The notes: a model not told the origin generated them from the sequence alone. 63,917 nucleotides of DNA, filler included, from Peribolospora baueri (GCA_029717555.1; 6 parts of 6 records of this genome joined end to end with filler, not necessarily neighbours in it); one strand, 5' to 3'; counted from the whole stretch's first letter, positions 1 through 14,128 are shown. Translations and numbers: made by a program.

Positions 1-43
<43 letters not shown>

Positions 44-125
44 TGGTCGATTGAGACCTTCATCGATGAAACGTTTCCCTCCACACGAGCGTGCGACGAT
101 CATCGGTCCTCGTCCTCCTCCTCAC

Positions 126-1810
126 CTTTGGCGCCCTCGCTCCTGGCGCTAATGAACGCGCTGGCGCCGTACTCGGCATACTGGGGCTTGGCGCGGGTAA
201 AGAAATTGCCTCCTTTCATCAAGCTGCTGGGCTTGTTCGGCGCGTTGAGCTCGGCCGTCTCGAATTTCACTTGACCGCTGTTGTCCGTGTACACGTGCCC
301 GTCGATGTAGCTGTTCAGCGTCGTCGTACCTCCCTGGAGTGTGGTACCGTTGTTGACCGTGCCGACGGCAATGGACACGTTGTTGAGGGCGAGGTTGTCG
401 AGAAGGATAGAGAAGCCGGAACCTAGAGTGTTAGCGGTGGAGAGGCGCACACCGATGGGCGAGTTGGAGATGGACGAGTCGACTAGGACGACAGAGCCGG
501 TGGCTTGGGTGGTGTTATCGTTGCCATTGGTGGGAATCGCGACATCGAAGGCCACCGTCTTTGCAGAGTTGATCTGCAGGCCGACGTACGTCCCTGACAT
601 TCAAAGGAGCAAAAGAAGCGGCGATCAGCCGTCAGCAAAAGGGACGAGGGTGACAGTCTTCCCTCACTCACAGCCCCAGTTCCAGTTTTGGAAGACGCCA
701 GTGTCCGCGTTGTTGATGGTGACATTGCGGACGGTAAACTGTAAGAAAATCATGGCAGGAGCAGGACGATATCTGATCAACTGGCGGATAATTAGGCAAT
801 TCACATGAACGGAAAAAGGATGGGCAGACTCACCTGCTGGTTGCCGACCCACATGCCATACTTGCCGCCGTTGAAGACGAGGTCGCTCAAGAACCCTCCA
901 GAACCGTTCTCCATGAATATCCCCTGGTGAGCGGTACCATTGGCAGCGTTGAGGTTGAAAACAATGTTGGTGAGTGACGTAGCTTGAGCGACCTGCCAGT
1001 GAATGCCGGTTCCAGAGGAAGACGCGGGGATAGCAGTAGTGTCGATGACAAAGTTACGGATCTGTCGGTAAAAGTTGTTTTGGTTCGTGTAGTACTGAGC
1101 TCCAGAGCCACCGGGGATGTACGGATCGGCGTCGATGAGGGCGATGCCGGAGAAGGAGGCGGAGGCGGCGATGGTGGGCGGGTTGCGGGCGTCTCCGACG
1201 AGCTGGGTGTAATAGAGCTGAACGATCGGAGAGGAGACGAGGCTGGCGAGTGGTGGCACAGCAAAGTCAGTCGTCGACGGTCGTCCCTCGCATGGACGAC
1301 GAGCGGTCGTCTGACGAAAGAAGAAGTCACTGACGAAAGAAAAACTCACTATTTGCCGCTGGGGAAGTAGACAAGGGCGGGGGTGAGGGTGCTAGAGTCG
1401 CAACCCTGGCCACACCTGGAGCCGTCGGTGATGGCGCGGTTGATGGCAGCGGTGTCGTCGGACACGCCGTCGCCCTTGGCACCGTAGTCCTTGACGTTCC
1501 TAAAGACCTTGTAGGACGAGCCGTTGGAGTTGAAGGCGGAGATGCCTTGGTGGTTGATCGACTGGAGCCAGAAGGGGGAAGAGGCGGGGGCGAGGAGGGA
1601 GGAGGAGAGAGTGCATGAGGCCGAGGTCTTCGTGCTCTTTCCATGGGACGTCGAGTTGGCGGCCGAGCGTGAAGAGGAGGAGGCCGCGGCGCGATGGGCC
1701 GGACCCGGTTGTGTGAGTCTCGGTCCGGACGATGCGTTAGCGGTCGCGACGAGGGCGCAGAGGGCGGCTAGAGCGATAGGCCAAAAGAGGGTGAGAAAGA
1801 AGGAGCGCAT
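126..1810 (-). CDS. GH55 exo-beta-1,3-glucanase, secreted; 3'-truncated at the contig end, multi-exon
   Basis: Signal-peptide-like start MRSFFLTLFWPIALAALCALVATANA (ATG 1810), then GH55 motifs FRNVKDYGAKGDGVSDDTAAI, LVYFPSGKY, NQNNFYRQIRNFVID, GIHWQVAQATSL and GIFMENGSGG, with GT-AG introns (e.g. 1349..1243). Confidence 0.93.
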
Positions 1811-3249
1811 CGGGGTGCTAGGGCGTTCTGTCCAGTCCAGTCCAGGTCGACTGGAGAAAGGGAAAGTGAGTGTGAGAGGATGGAGGAAGGGGGCAGGCGG
1901 GGGAGGGGGTGAATTCGACGCCGGGGGGGGGGGGGGGCAAAGGGGGCTCCTTCTTTTACGTTTCTGCCTCCCTCTCCGGCGGCAAGGACGGAGGAAGGAC
2001 GAGGAGGGCAAGGCTGCTTGCTCAGCTCCTGCTCCTGTTCCTGCTCCGGGCTTGCGATTGTGGAACGCTACTGGAGCGGGGTACAGCCATGAGGAGGAGG
2101 AGGACGAGCGGGGAAGAAGATGGGCCGTCGCAATTGCGATTGCGCCGTGCGATATCACTCGGGCGTCGTCCTTGCTCGTGAGACCGCGGCGGAGCTCGTC
2201 GTAAGAAACGGGACGGCGGCGGCGGCGGTGGATTTATTTGAATTTGTGGAGTGCGGAGTGCCGGACGAGGTCAGATGAGGGAGGGGTCGTCGTACGATGA
2301 ATGATATCCGTCGTCGTCCATCCATCTATCCATCTGCCGGGCAGGCGTCCAAGTCCGCCGCCGCCTGCCCGTCTAGCTGCCAGCTAGCTACTGTAGCTGC
2401 CGAGGGTCAGTTAGGGCGATCGCCATTGCACTCAGTGCCGCCGTCGGTCTTTGGAACCGGCAGCCTCATTCATATGTTCGCAGCTATAATAAGCCATAAA
2501 TATAATAAGACTGGCACTCCGCTCTAGCCGATGCGATGCGAGGAAGGTAGGAAGGAAGGTAGGTAGGCAAGCAGGAAGGTGATCATCGTAGTCCTCCATC
2601 CGACAATCTCCGAACCGCGGAGGAAGACTTGGCTTGGGCGGTCGTCCACATGACTGCCATCTTCGTCCGTCTTCCGTCGTCCCACCCCTGATCCGGCCAA
2701 GGCCAAAATCGTCTCGGCTATCATCGCCGTCGTTAGGCCCCGGCCCCGGCCTCGTCCTTGACTCTCGCGGGCGGCACTCGGGGGAATGGGAGATCGGCGT
2801 GGGACGCCTCCCTTCCAGCCCACTCACTCCATGCATGCATGGCCTTTGACAACTCGCCGTAGTCGACGAAAGGACCGTACAAACGAAATTTCAAGCTCTC
2901 AGGCAACACGCGCCCTTCTGCGTCATTAATCGAGGTTCTCACTTCTGTCTCCCTTTGTAGGCATAACTAGGTCACATACAGGTTCATCGGAAGAGCAAGC
3001 CCTTGGTATCGTTCAATGGGGGTGGTTTAGTTTGCGACAGCCGGTCAGTCAAAGCGAAGCGCGAGCGCGAGCGCGAGAGGCGGAGCGGTGGGCCAGCGGA
3101 TCAGAGACGGGGGCGGGGGGTAAAGCGAGCGCTCTCTCTAGCGCTTGAGGGAGAAAACGAAACTGGAAGGGCTGGGTGACAGCAGGTGTGCGGACGGAAG
3201 GGAGTGTAATCGGAAGAGCGGGGCAGAGCAGAGGCCGGGTCGATCTGTT

Positions 3250-6200
3250 CTAAGCCTCCTCGTTTTGAAGTTCCCTGGAAGGAGGGAAGGGTGGGTGGGC
3301 ACGAGACGACAGAGGTCAGTCCTGCTCGGCATGTCCGGGGTAAAGAAAGCTAAGAGAGACGGCGGGGAAAGGTCAACTCACTGGAGGGAGACGAGTTGCT
3401 TGTAAAGACCCCCCTCGACGGACATGAGCTCTCCGTGGTTGCCTTGCTCGGCCACCTTGCCGTCCTTGAGGACGAAACTGACAAAGTCAATCGGGGCGGG
3501 GAAGCGGAGAATCGCTCGAGTGAGCGCAAAGGCCTCTCTCTGCACCGGCTCGACCGGCCGACGTGGTACAACTCACATCATGTCAGCGCGGCTGATGGTA
3601 GACAACCGGTGGGCGATGGCGATCGTCGTCCGGCCCTTGGCAGCCTTGTCGAGCGCGTCCTGTACGACCTTTTCAGACTCGCTGTCGAGCGCGCTCGTAG
3701 CCTCGTCAAGGAGCAGGATCTGAGCAGCGACACGTGAAGGTGAGCGGGGGAGCGGGAGCGGGACGCCAAAGTCGGACGGAACGGCGGCGCTGCTCTCTCA
3801 CCTTAGGGTTCCGGATCAAAGCGCGAGCAATGGCGATGCGCTGCTTCTGTCCGCCGCTCAGCTGGGTGCCCCGTCCGCCAACCTGGGTCTTGAACCCGTC
3901 GGGAAGACTCTTGATAAAGGTGAGGATGTTGGCGTCGGCGCAAGCGCGCTCTAGGTCTTCCTGGGTGACCTTTTCGGGCTCGGTGGAGCCCAAGCGGATG
4001 TTGAATTCAATGTCTCCGGCGTACAGAGTGGGCTCTTGCGAGACGAGCGCAATGTGCTTCCGGTACTCGACGAGGTTCAAATCGGCGATATTGCGACCGT
4101 CGATGGTGACGGAGCCGATGACCGGGTCATAGAACCGCTCGACGAGTTGAATGGTCGTGGACTGGAGCGAGGAAGAAAAAATCATCAGCCCGGGTCGCCA
4201 GAAAAAAAAAACCAAATCGACAGCACCACTCGCTCACCTTGCCACAGCCTGAGCCGCCAACCAAAGCGACGTACGAACCAGGCTTGATGTCGAGGTCGAG
4301 GCCGCGGAGGACGCGGACGCCGGGACGGGTGGGGTAGCGGAAGTGGACGTTCTCGAAACGGATGCGGCCGTCCACCTGAGGCACTTGGCCGCCGTCGGGA
4401 CTGTCCGAGTCGATCTCCGGTTGATTGTCGAGCAGGCGGATGACGTCGTTGGCGGCGCTCTTGGCGTTGGAAATATCGGGGACGAAGCTGAGGGACGAGT
4501 GCAAGAAACCGGGAGTTAGCGAGTCTGTGACCATCACTAAGAGGAGCTGATCACACACACCTAAAGACGTTGCCAGCCTGAATCGAACCGAAGACGACGG
4601 CTGTGAAGACCGTGAAGAATTGCTAAAAGAATAAAACACGGCGAAGGGAGGGAGGGTAGGTATGACGTGGTCAGCACAGGAGGTGCGGAAGGAGAAGCCT
4701 TCTCGAGCGCGAGCCACTCACCTGCGTGTTGTACTGGAGGTCTGCAATCAGACCGGCGCCGTACCAGAAGGCCATTGCGATCACCCAGAAGGACGTGGCC
4801 TAGTCGACGAGGAAAGGACACGGACGAGGACGAGGGAGAAGGAGAGCGAAGCGGGCGGTCAGCCGGCAGACAAGAAAACAACAGCAAGGCGGGAGGGGAA
4901 AAGGGAAAATCGACGCACCTGGGAGAGAGCGTACCAAAAGTTGGAGATGAAGGCAGTGTTGTGGGACACCTTTGCCGGCTCCTTGAGCTCTCGCTTGTAC
5001 GTCTCCAGCACGTCCGACTCGCGTGTCAGGCTGGCGACGGTGCGGATCGCCGCGGCGGCCTCGCAGGCGAGCTGGGCCGAGTCTTCGTGGGCCTTTTTGA
5101 TCTTTTGGTCTTTGAGGACGACCACCCTCAAGCGGACAAAGCCGGCAGAGATGGTCACAGGGATGCAAGCGATGACGATCAGCGCAAGCTTCCAGCCGTA
5201 GCACAGAGCGATGATGGCGCCGACGACGAGGGTCGAGATGCTTTGCACGATGGTGCCGAGGGTGCTGCCAAAGGGAAAGAAAGGAGAGCGAGCGAGAGCG
5301 AAGAGAACGACGGGGTGAGCTAACCGGCGGACAGGAAGCAAAGATTCCAGTCTCGACGAGAAGGGCGGCTCACACGCCGACCAGACCGTTGATCTTGTTA
5401 GCCCAGTCGGAGAGGGACGAGGCGAGGGAGCCGGATGAGTTCTTCTCGTCGTCGTGATAAGACACGTCTGCGCGGAGGACGGCGGCGAAGGCCTGGTAGC
5501 GGATGCGGCGGCAGACTGTGGGGGCGGGGCGGAAGAACGAACGAGGAAACGGAAAGAAAGGAAGGAATGAACGAAAGGGCCGAAAAAACGGATCGAAGGA
5601 GAAAGGCGACGACATACGGATGGAACCGCCGAGCACGAGGTTGTGCATCTGAATGCCGATCGAAATCGTAGAAACGATGGCCATGACGAAGAACCACAAG
5701 GCGTTACGGGCGCCCTGTTCCTTGAGCACATGAGCGTCGGTGATGGAAAAGGTGGCGAGGGCACGGCCGAAGAGGATAGCAAAGGCCGGGTAGACGGATC
5801 CGGAGCAGACGGAGGCGAACAATCCGGGGACTGCTCGCGAGACGAAGGAATAAAAAAGGGGACGACATCAGCTCGGGGAACGACGGCGGCGGAAAGGCAA
5901 GAGGGAGGGAAACGCACGATAGAGGGACAGGAGTTTGTCCTTGTTGATGAGCGCGAGGCGATAGAGGAGGTAAAAAGTGCCATATGGCTTGACCGCCGCG
6001 GCGCGCTCGGCCTCCTCCTGTTGCTTCTTCCTCATGATCTCGCTCGCCACGCTCAGCTTGGATCCCGTCCGGTCGAGGCCGGCGGGCATCTCCGCCTTGG
6101 CCTCCTCCCGGAGACGCGCCTTCTCCTCCTCGGCCGTCTCCACAATGATGCCAGCCGTGTCGTCCCCTTCGTCCTCCTCCGCCTTGTCCTCGAGACGGGA

Positions 6201-8532
6201 CGAAGTGGCGGCGCGGATCTTTTGCGCGTTTACCAAGTGGCTGTACGGTCCGTTGGGGTCCATGAGCAGCTCTTCATGGCGGCCCTGCTCGAGAATCTTG
6301 CCCTTGGCCATGACGACAATCTTGTCAGCCGCCTTGATCGTCGACAGCCGATGGGCGATGGTAATGGTCGTGCGCCCGCGGGACGCGCGGTCCAGCGCGT
6401 CTTGGACGATCTGTTCCGAGTTGGTATCGAGCGCCGATGTGGCTTCGTCGAGGAGGAGGATGCGCGGGTTGGAGACGATGGCGCGTGCGATGCTCACTCG
6501 CTGCTTTTGTCCGCCAGACAGCAGAAAGCCGCGCTCGCCGACCATGGTGTCGTACCCGTCTGGGAGCTGGGAGATGAAGCCGTCGGCGTTGGCCATCTTG
6601 GCCGCCTCGCGCACCAGCTCCGCCTTTTTTTCCGCCGGCGCGTGTTCCCATTCGGAGCCGATCAGACCGTGCTCGATGTTGCCCTGGATGGTGGTGGCGA
6701 AGAGCGTGGGCTCCTGGGAGACGAGACCGATCTGAGTGCGGAGCCAGCCGAGGTGGAGGTCGCGAAGGTCGACGCCGTCGAGCTTGACAGAGCCCGCGTC
6801 GGGGTCGTAGAAGCGTTCGACGAGGCCGATGATCGTCGACTTGCCCGAGCCGGACGCGCCGACGAGGGCGGTCACCTTGCCCTTGGGGAAGGCGACGCTG
6901 AACTTTTCGAGGATGGGCACGTTGGGACGGGCGGGGTAGGCAAAGTCGACGTCCTCGACGGTGATCTCGCCGTCGCACCTGTCCGGCTTGAGGCCCTGGT
7001 CGGAGGACGAGTCGATGGGGGGGACGCGGTAGATAGTGTGCAGGATCTTTCCGCCGGCCGCCTTGGCAAAGGCGAGGGCCTGCATGTTGGGGGCGATCAT
7101 GGCCATGGAAAAGGAGCCGATGAGGATGGAGAAGAAGACGGTGATCACCTGTCCCGAGTCGGCGTGGTGCTCGGCGATGAGGACGGCGCCAAAGTAGAAG
7201 GCGAGGGCGTAGCCGGAGTAGATGACGAAGAAGAAGGCTCCGAGACCCATTCCCTGGACGATGCTCTTCTTGACGCCTTGGGTGAGGGCGGCGATGTTGC
7301 TCACGTCGTAGAGGTCGACAAGGCGACGCTCGATGTGGAACGCCTTGGCGGTCCGGACGGTGGAGACAGCCTCCTCGGCGAGGGTGGAGGCCTCGGCGAG
7401 ATGCTGGAGCTCGATCTGCTGATAGGCGGACTGGAACTTGTTCATGACGGCTCCGGTGACGGCGATGCAGGGCACCATGGACGTCATGGCGAGGGCGAGA
7501 CGCCAGTTGCGGACGTAGGCGACGGCGAAGCCGGCGACAAAGGTGGCGATGAACATGACGGAGATGGAGATCTTGTCGGAGATGCCCTCCTGGATGAGGT
7601 TGGTGTCGGAGGAGATGCGGGTGGCGACCTCGCCGGCGCCGAGCTTGTCGAAGAAGCCGATGTTCTGGCGAAGGACGGAGCTGAGGTACCTTTCGCGAAT
7701 CCTGCGGGTTACTTCCTCGCCAGTGTACACCCAGGTGGCCATGTAGATGTACTGATAAAAGAAAACGAAACTAAGACGATGAGAATTTACGGAGGGAGCA
7801 TCATGCGCATGGCCGGACAACTCGGACACTCACAGTAGCAGCAAACATGGCGATTCCGATATAGACCAACAAGAGAGCGTCCTTGTTGACATTGTGATGC
7901 AAGTTGGCCCTCGCTTGTTCGATAGCAGCGGGGTTTCCAGAGTAAAGAACGCTAGCAAAGTCGACAAAGGATTTTGTGAGGGAGCCAAAGACGACGGTCA
8001 TAAGGGGCTGGGCAGTGCCGGCGGCGGCGGCGGCGATGAGACCGACGAGGTTGATGAAGAGTTCGAATTTGGTAGCGAAGCGGAAGATGTCGGCGAGCGA
8101 AGCGGGCTTGCCGTTCAAGTCTTCGCTATCGCCGTCGACGGCGACCTCGACGTTGCCCTCGGCCGTCTTGATGGTCGCTTTCTTCTCGTCGAGGACGTCG
8201 GCATTTTGGTTTTCATTGGCCGACGCGTCGTCGTGGGCGTTCCTGTCCCTGGACCTCCTGAACTTGGGCCATCTGCGAGTGCGAGTGGCTGTACCTGCGC
8301 CGGCGTTGGCGTTGGCGTGGGCGTTGTCGTTGTCGTTCTGGGCGGCGGCGGCGCGGACGGCGGGGTTGGACTTGAGGGAGGAGGGCGAGGTCTGACGGGT
8401 GAGCGGGCGGGAGCCGGAGGCACTGGCGCTGGCGTCGGCGGACTGCTTGCCGTTGTGGTCCTGGTTCACGTTGTCGGTCTCCTTGGGCGGCTCGGAGGGC
8501 GCGGGCGGGGTGGGAGTGTGAGGGTCGGACAT
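3250..8532 (-). CDS. Full-length ABCB (P-glycoprotein/MDR1-type) ABC transporter, TMD-NBD-TMD-NBD
   Basis: Two NBDs: [27 protein letters not shown] and [27 protein letters not shown]. Two TMDs. Exons splice in frame from ATG 8532 (MSDPHTP) to ELQNEEA-TAG at 3250. Confidence 0.95.
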
Positions 8533-8898
8533 GGCCGACGGGGGGACTGGGGATCGTTCGTCCCTGTCGGAGGAGGGAGACGGACGTGGGTGGTGGTGGT
8601 TGGGAAGAAGGGTTGTGCGGGATGAGGAGGAGCGAGTCGAAGGATTTTCAGTCTGGTCGTGGCTGCGTCTTGGCTCTTGGCTGCTGGCTGGACGGCCCGG
8701 CGGTCGATGAACGGGCCGTGCAAGCGAAGCGAGGAGTTGAGACGACGATTGACGATATCGTCGTCGGGATGAGCTCCCGAAGGAGCGATTAAAGTGAGCT
8801 CGTGCTTGCCGACGATAGCACTGACTCTCGGAGCTCACTTCCGGCCCGCGTGGATCATCAGCTTCCGTCTCGGCGCCCTTGGCGAGCCACGGCACTGC

Positions 8899-8947
8899 GG
8901 ACAAAGACAAAGACAAAGACAAAGACAAGGACAAGGACAAGGACAGG
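8899..8947 (+). repeat. (GACAAA/GACAAG)n hexamer microsatellite upstream of the ABC transporter
   Basis: About 8 tandem units read directly. Confidence 0.85.
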
Positions 8948-9493
8948 TGACGTCTGTAGCCGTCGGTGCCATACAGCCGAGGCCGACAGACAGACAGCGA
9001 AACGACGACGGAGACAGACGACGGAGATGGACGACCGGAGACGACAGCAAGCCGCACTCGCACTCGCTCTTGTTCGCGTGCTCACCCGCAAATCCCTGGT
9101 TTGGCTTGAATTACTGGAATGTAATATAATATTTTTCGCAGATTTTCTCTCATGTCATGTTATGTCTCTCTCACCCGCAAGCTCGAGTCAGCCAGCGAGT
9201 CAACCGCAGCTCGCCGTCGTCGAGTCAACACATCACAAGGCACATACGTCGGTCGGTCGATGCGTTGTCGCATAACACGCGACGCTAAGGATACATATGA
9301 ATGACGGGGAGACGAAGGCGACACGAGGCGAGGCGAACGAACGAGCGTTGGAAATGCAAAGAAAGAAACGAAAAAAAAAAGAAAGACGGCGTCGACATGA
9401 TTGATACAAAGAAAAACAAGGAGTGAATGAATGAAAGACGGTGTCTAGAGAAACGGAGACAGACAGACAGACGACCAGAGGCTGGGGCCGCGT

Positions 9494-12211
9494 TCAGATC
9501 TCCGCACCCCCGATCTCTTCGGCCGTCTTCTTTTTGTGGCTGCCGCAGGCAGGCAGGGGGAACAACGCAACGCACGCGTCAATCAGCTCGAGGTCCACTT
9601 CACCACCGACACGCCCCGCAAGGATAGGATGACCACGCCTCACCTCCTCTTCTTCTGCGGCTTCGGCACCTCCTCGCCGTCGCCCCCGCCCACCGCCTTG
9701 GCCGCTTGCGCCTTCTTGCCATGGCCCTTCTTATGACTCCTCTTCTTCGGCTCCTCCACAAGCTCGCTCTCCTCCTTCCGAGGCAGTTGCGCCCCAAAAA
9801 AGTTATCCTCATCGTCGTCAAACGACACCGGCATCACCTTGGGAGGCGGTGGCGTCGCCGCCGCCGACTCGGCCGCCGCACGGCCCTTCTTCCGGCTCAG
9901 CCGCAGACCCTCCTTCTCCGCCAGCGCCGCCGCTTCCTCCGCCTGCTTCCGTCGCAGCATCGACTCGGCCAACTCGTCGTCGTCAAGAAGCAGCGACACA
10001 ATCTCCTGCGGCCGCGCCACCTCCGTGAACGCCTTGTTGCCCACCACAATATCCTGCACTTCCTTCTTCGTCCGCGCCAACTTGACGATTCGCTCGTCGA
10101 TCGTTCCCTTGGTGATCAGCCGATATACCGTCACCTGCTTCTTCTGCCCTAATCGGTGAGCCCGGTCCATCGCCTGCGAGTCGTTCGACGGGTTCCAGTC
10201 GTGGTCGTAGAAGATGACCGCTGCGGCAGTGAACGACGCGACCGTCAGTCACAGACATCCCAACTTCGGAAGAAAACGAACAGCACACTCACTATCGGCC
10301 GCCGTCAAGTTGATACCGAGACCACCGGCGCGAGTGGACAACAAGAAAATAAACAGCTCCGGCTTGGTCTGCCAGTCCGACACCAGGTCCCTCCGGTCCG
10401 AAATCTTCGAAGACCCGTCGAGGCGAAGGTACTTGTATTGCCGGTACCCGAGGTACTCCTCGAACAGGTCGATCATCTTCGTCATCTGGAAGTAGATCAG
10501 CACCCGGTGGCCGCCCGCCTTGAGCTCGCGGAGGAGCACGTCGAGATGGGCGAGCTTGGTCGAGTCGACGATCAGCTTGTTCATCTGCGGGATCTGCATC
10601 GCCGAAACGGGCAGCTGATCGAGTGGCGACGTCCGGATCAGGCCCACAGCCGGCATCCCAGGTTCTCTCTCCTCCGCCACCCGAACCTCGCCTGGTGAGT
10701 CGATCGACGACGGCGGTAAACCAAACACCGCCCTCTCCACCAGCGGATCCCTGGCAAACCTGTCCTGCCTCTCAACAAACCCACGAGACCCGCAGTGGAT
10801 CGAGATGGGCGGGGCGACGACGGAGGGGATGAACGCGCACATGCCGGGCTTGGTGAGAACCGAGTACGCCGCGTACTCTTTTCCCACCTCACCCAACCGA
10901 GGCAGCTCCGACGGCCTTCGAGCCGAGTTGGAAGGCAATCGATGGGGGAGGACGGCGCCGAAAGGTAGAAGGGACGACGGCGAAAAGTCGAGGTCGCCCC
11001 CCAAGGCCATCGCGTCCTCAAGACGCCGCTGGCGCGCGTGGAAGGAGAAGACGAGCTGGGCGGCGCGGTCGTGGAACGACCGGTGCACCTCCTCGGCCGT
11101 CATGTCGAGCAGAGCGGCGAATGCGAACGGCGAGGCTGGGTATGGTAGAAGGGGAGAAAAGAAAGAGCGCAGGTAAGCAAGCGAGGGAGATGGAACGAGG
11201 GCGGCCTTTCGTTCTACTCACCGCCCGCCTTCTCGTTCGATTCTTGGATGTAGTCCGTCTGCCAAATGTTCATGAGGCCGTCGAGGTACCTCGTGTCAAA
11301 GCCCTTGCGCGACCGTTCGCCAGGAACGTCGAGCAGCCCTCCTTCGGTGTAGAAAAGCTTGGGGACACGGTATTCGATCAGGCTCCTCGTCGAATCGGGG
11401 CACTGGATCAGGTCGGGCTCGCGAGCAATGTTGCCGGACCCGGCGAAGCTGCAAAACGCCAAGGGCGCCTTGACGTCCGCACGCTCGAACAGCTCGGGGT
11501 GGTTGCAGACCTGGAACGCGCAACAAGAGAGAGAAAGAGGCCGTGATCAGGTCCCTTCTCTCCACCAGACCGTCACAACAACACCAGGACGGCTCACCTT
11601 CCTGAACTGCATCACCAGGTTCATCAAGCTCCTGAGGCCGGCCTCGTCCTGGAGGTTGGACGCCCTGTCCATGAGCTCGGCGACGGAGATGCGCTCGCGA
11701 AGGGCCTTGTAGAGCATCTTCTGCCTCCCGCTCATCTCGCAATACACGTCCTTTTCGATCTTTTCCCCCAACTCGTTCTGCACGTTCTTCTTCACCCTGC
11801 GGAGCATGAACGGCTTGAGGATCATGTGCAGTCGGCGAAGCTGGTGCTCGTTCAACGTGCCCCGGTTCTCGGCGTGGCTCTCAATGTCCTTGGAGAACCA
11901 CTCGCTGAACTCGTCGTGCGAGTCGAACAGGCTCGGCATGATGAAGTGAAGAAGGGCCCAAAGCTCTGTGGGGAGACCAAAGACAGGTCAGCGAGCGCCG
12001 GCGCGGATAACCAACGGTCGATTCACGAGCACGGGCGCTCACCCTGCATCGAGTTCTGGATCGGCGTGCCCGTCAGCAGCAGGCGGTTGCGGCAGTTGAA
12101 GCTGAGCAGCGTCTTCCATCGGATACTGGCCGAGCTCTTGATGGCCTGAGCCTCGTCGAGGATCATGTACTGCCACTTGACGCGCTGGAAGTACTTTTCG
12201 TCCGACACGAC
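9494..12211 (-). CDS. INO80: INO80 chromatin-remodelling ATPase, C-terminal part; 5'-truncated by the contig end
   Basis: SNF2 motifs [57 protein letters not shown] and MDRAHRLGQ, with the long split-ATPase insertion. The last exon is inferred as [18 protein letters not shown] at 9494. Confidence 0.92.
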
Positions 12212-12288
12212 CTGGCGATGGCGGCAGAACGGCGTCGTGAGTGAGCGATAGAGCTCGGAGGAACGGCGACCGGTGAGAGAGAAAAAAA

Positions 12289-12388
12289 NNNNNNNNNNNN
12301 NNNNNNNNNNNNNNNNNNNNNNNNNNNNNNNNTTAATTAATTAANNNNNNNNNNNNNNNNNNNNNNNNNNNNNNNNNNNNNNNNNNNN
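12289..12388. other. Artificial contig spacer (N44-TTAATTAATTAA-N44)
   Basis: 100-nt linker with six-frame stops, identical at five places in the window. Confidence 0.99.
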
Positions 12389-13642
12389 TTGCGGCGGAAG
12401 AAACGCGAATCGAGTATCTTGGCAACCTCATACTCTTCTTGCCCCGCCTCGGTGATGACGGGAGGTGGGGGTGAGGCAGAGGGGCGAGAGGACAGAGTGT
12501 TTGGGACGAACGGCTTAAGCGAGACATGGAAGACGGGATGTACCTTCATGGAGGCAGGAAGGTTGAGCTTAAAGGCCGAACTTGAGATCTTCCTGTCAAT
12601 GGTGAAGGGGCCCAGGCGCCTCCAGCTTGCTGCTGGGTCTTGCCGTCGAGATATGGCGCCGCATGAGCCACACCTTGTCCCCAGGCTCGAAAGGACGGGC
12701 TTCAGACCTAAGCCGGTTCGCATACTTGGCGTGCCTGACGAGAGCCGTTCGGATACTGTCCGCTGCCTGCCGATGCGTCTCCTGGAGCCGTCTCGCCCAG
12801 TCATCAGCTTGGGGCACTGTCGAGTCGCTAAGGGTCACCTCTAGTCTCGGGTGATATCCATAATTCGCGAAGAAGGGAGTCATGCCGATGGTCGAATGGT
12901 GAGCGTTGTTGTGGGCGAATTTGGCGATCGGCAAGAGGTCTGACCGGTCGTCTTGGAGATAGTTGGTGTACATCCGTAGGTATTGTTCGATGGTCTGGTT
13001 GGTCCTCTCCGTCTGGCCGTCCGTCTGGGGGTGAAAGGCCGTAGAGAGGTTTGGCTGGATCCTGAGCTGCCTAAGGACTTCCTTCCACCAACGAGAGTTG
13101 AACTGCGTCCCTCTGTCCGAGACAATGTCGCTTGGAAGCCCATGAAGACGGAAGACGTTCTGGACGTAATGGGTCGCCAATCGGGGGGAATTATCAGTGG
13201 TTCGAGCCGGAATGAAGTGACTCATCTTGGTGAGGCGGTCCACAACGACAAGGATGGCATCGAATCCCTTGGAGAGAGGCAGGTCCGTAATGTAGTCCAT
13301 CGAGAGGGAGAGCCATGGACGTTCAGGGACTGGGAGCGACTGGAGAAGCCCATACTTCGCGTGGTGGACGGGCTTGTGGCGCTGGCAAGCATCGCAGGAG
13401 CGGACGTAGTCGTTGACAAAGGTCCTCATCGATGGCCAGTAGTAATTCCTCGAGAGGATCTCCAACGTCTTGGCTTGACCGAAATGCCCAGAGATGCGGG
13501 AGTCGTGGGCCTGCTCGAGAAGCTTGGTCTTCAAAGGCTCGAAGTCTGGGACGTAGATGAGGCCGTCATGGAGCAGGAGGTCGTCCTGGAGGGAGTACGG
13601 CGGACCGGGGGGGTCGGTGCTTTGCAGCTGCTGCAGAACGTC
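12389..13642 (-). mobile_element. Ty3/Gypsy (chromovirus) pol remnant: integrase, GPF/Y motif and start of chromodomain; degenerate
   Basis: HHCC (HDSRISGH...CDAC), D-D(35)E core (MDYI, SDRG, QTE), LGPF...VHPVFHVS, chromodomain start [12 protein letters not shown]. Frameshift near 12620. No RT, RNase H or LTR visible. Confidence 0.93.
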
Positions 13643-14128
13643 CTACGCCGATGGGGAGACAAAATAAGGAACGGAACAGACGCAAGATCAGTACTTGTGT
13701 GCACCATCTAGCGATGGAGGTGGAAAGGGAGAGGCGCCGTAAGAAAAACAGGTTGAGGCGACGGCGACGACGGCAGCAACAACAAGAGCCTGGCTCCGAA
13801 AGAGCGGCGGTTACATCGCGGCATCCAAGCGCGACGGGCCGGACTAGCGATCAGTAAGGTGGTCGTCGGCGGACGCTGGACAGAAAGAACGGCAGTGGTA
13901 AAGGGACAAAGTGCGGTCGGGGGTCTGATGACGTCACTTGTGCTGCCGCAGTAGCCGCTCGGCCGTACCTGGCGTAGCGGTGGGTGATCGATCTAGGTGG
14001 CCATGCCGAACTAGTTCGTCGTCCGGAAAAACGAGTCTTCGATGCCGGCCACTCACCATCTCCAGCAAGCCGAACCCTCTTGCTAAGGACAGCGTCCACC
14101 TTGGACAGCTCGCACAAACAATAGAGGC

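Noticed and set aside
5643..7838. 731-aa plus-strand ORF
   Set aside because: Antisense shadow of the GC-rich ABC transporter exon; no recognisable motifs.
12333..12344. TTAATTAATTAA palindrome repeated five times
   Set aside because: Artificial linker inside the N spacers.
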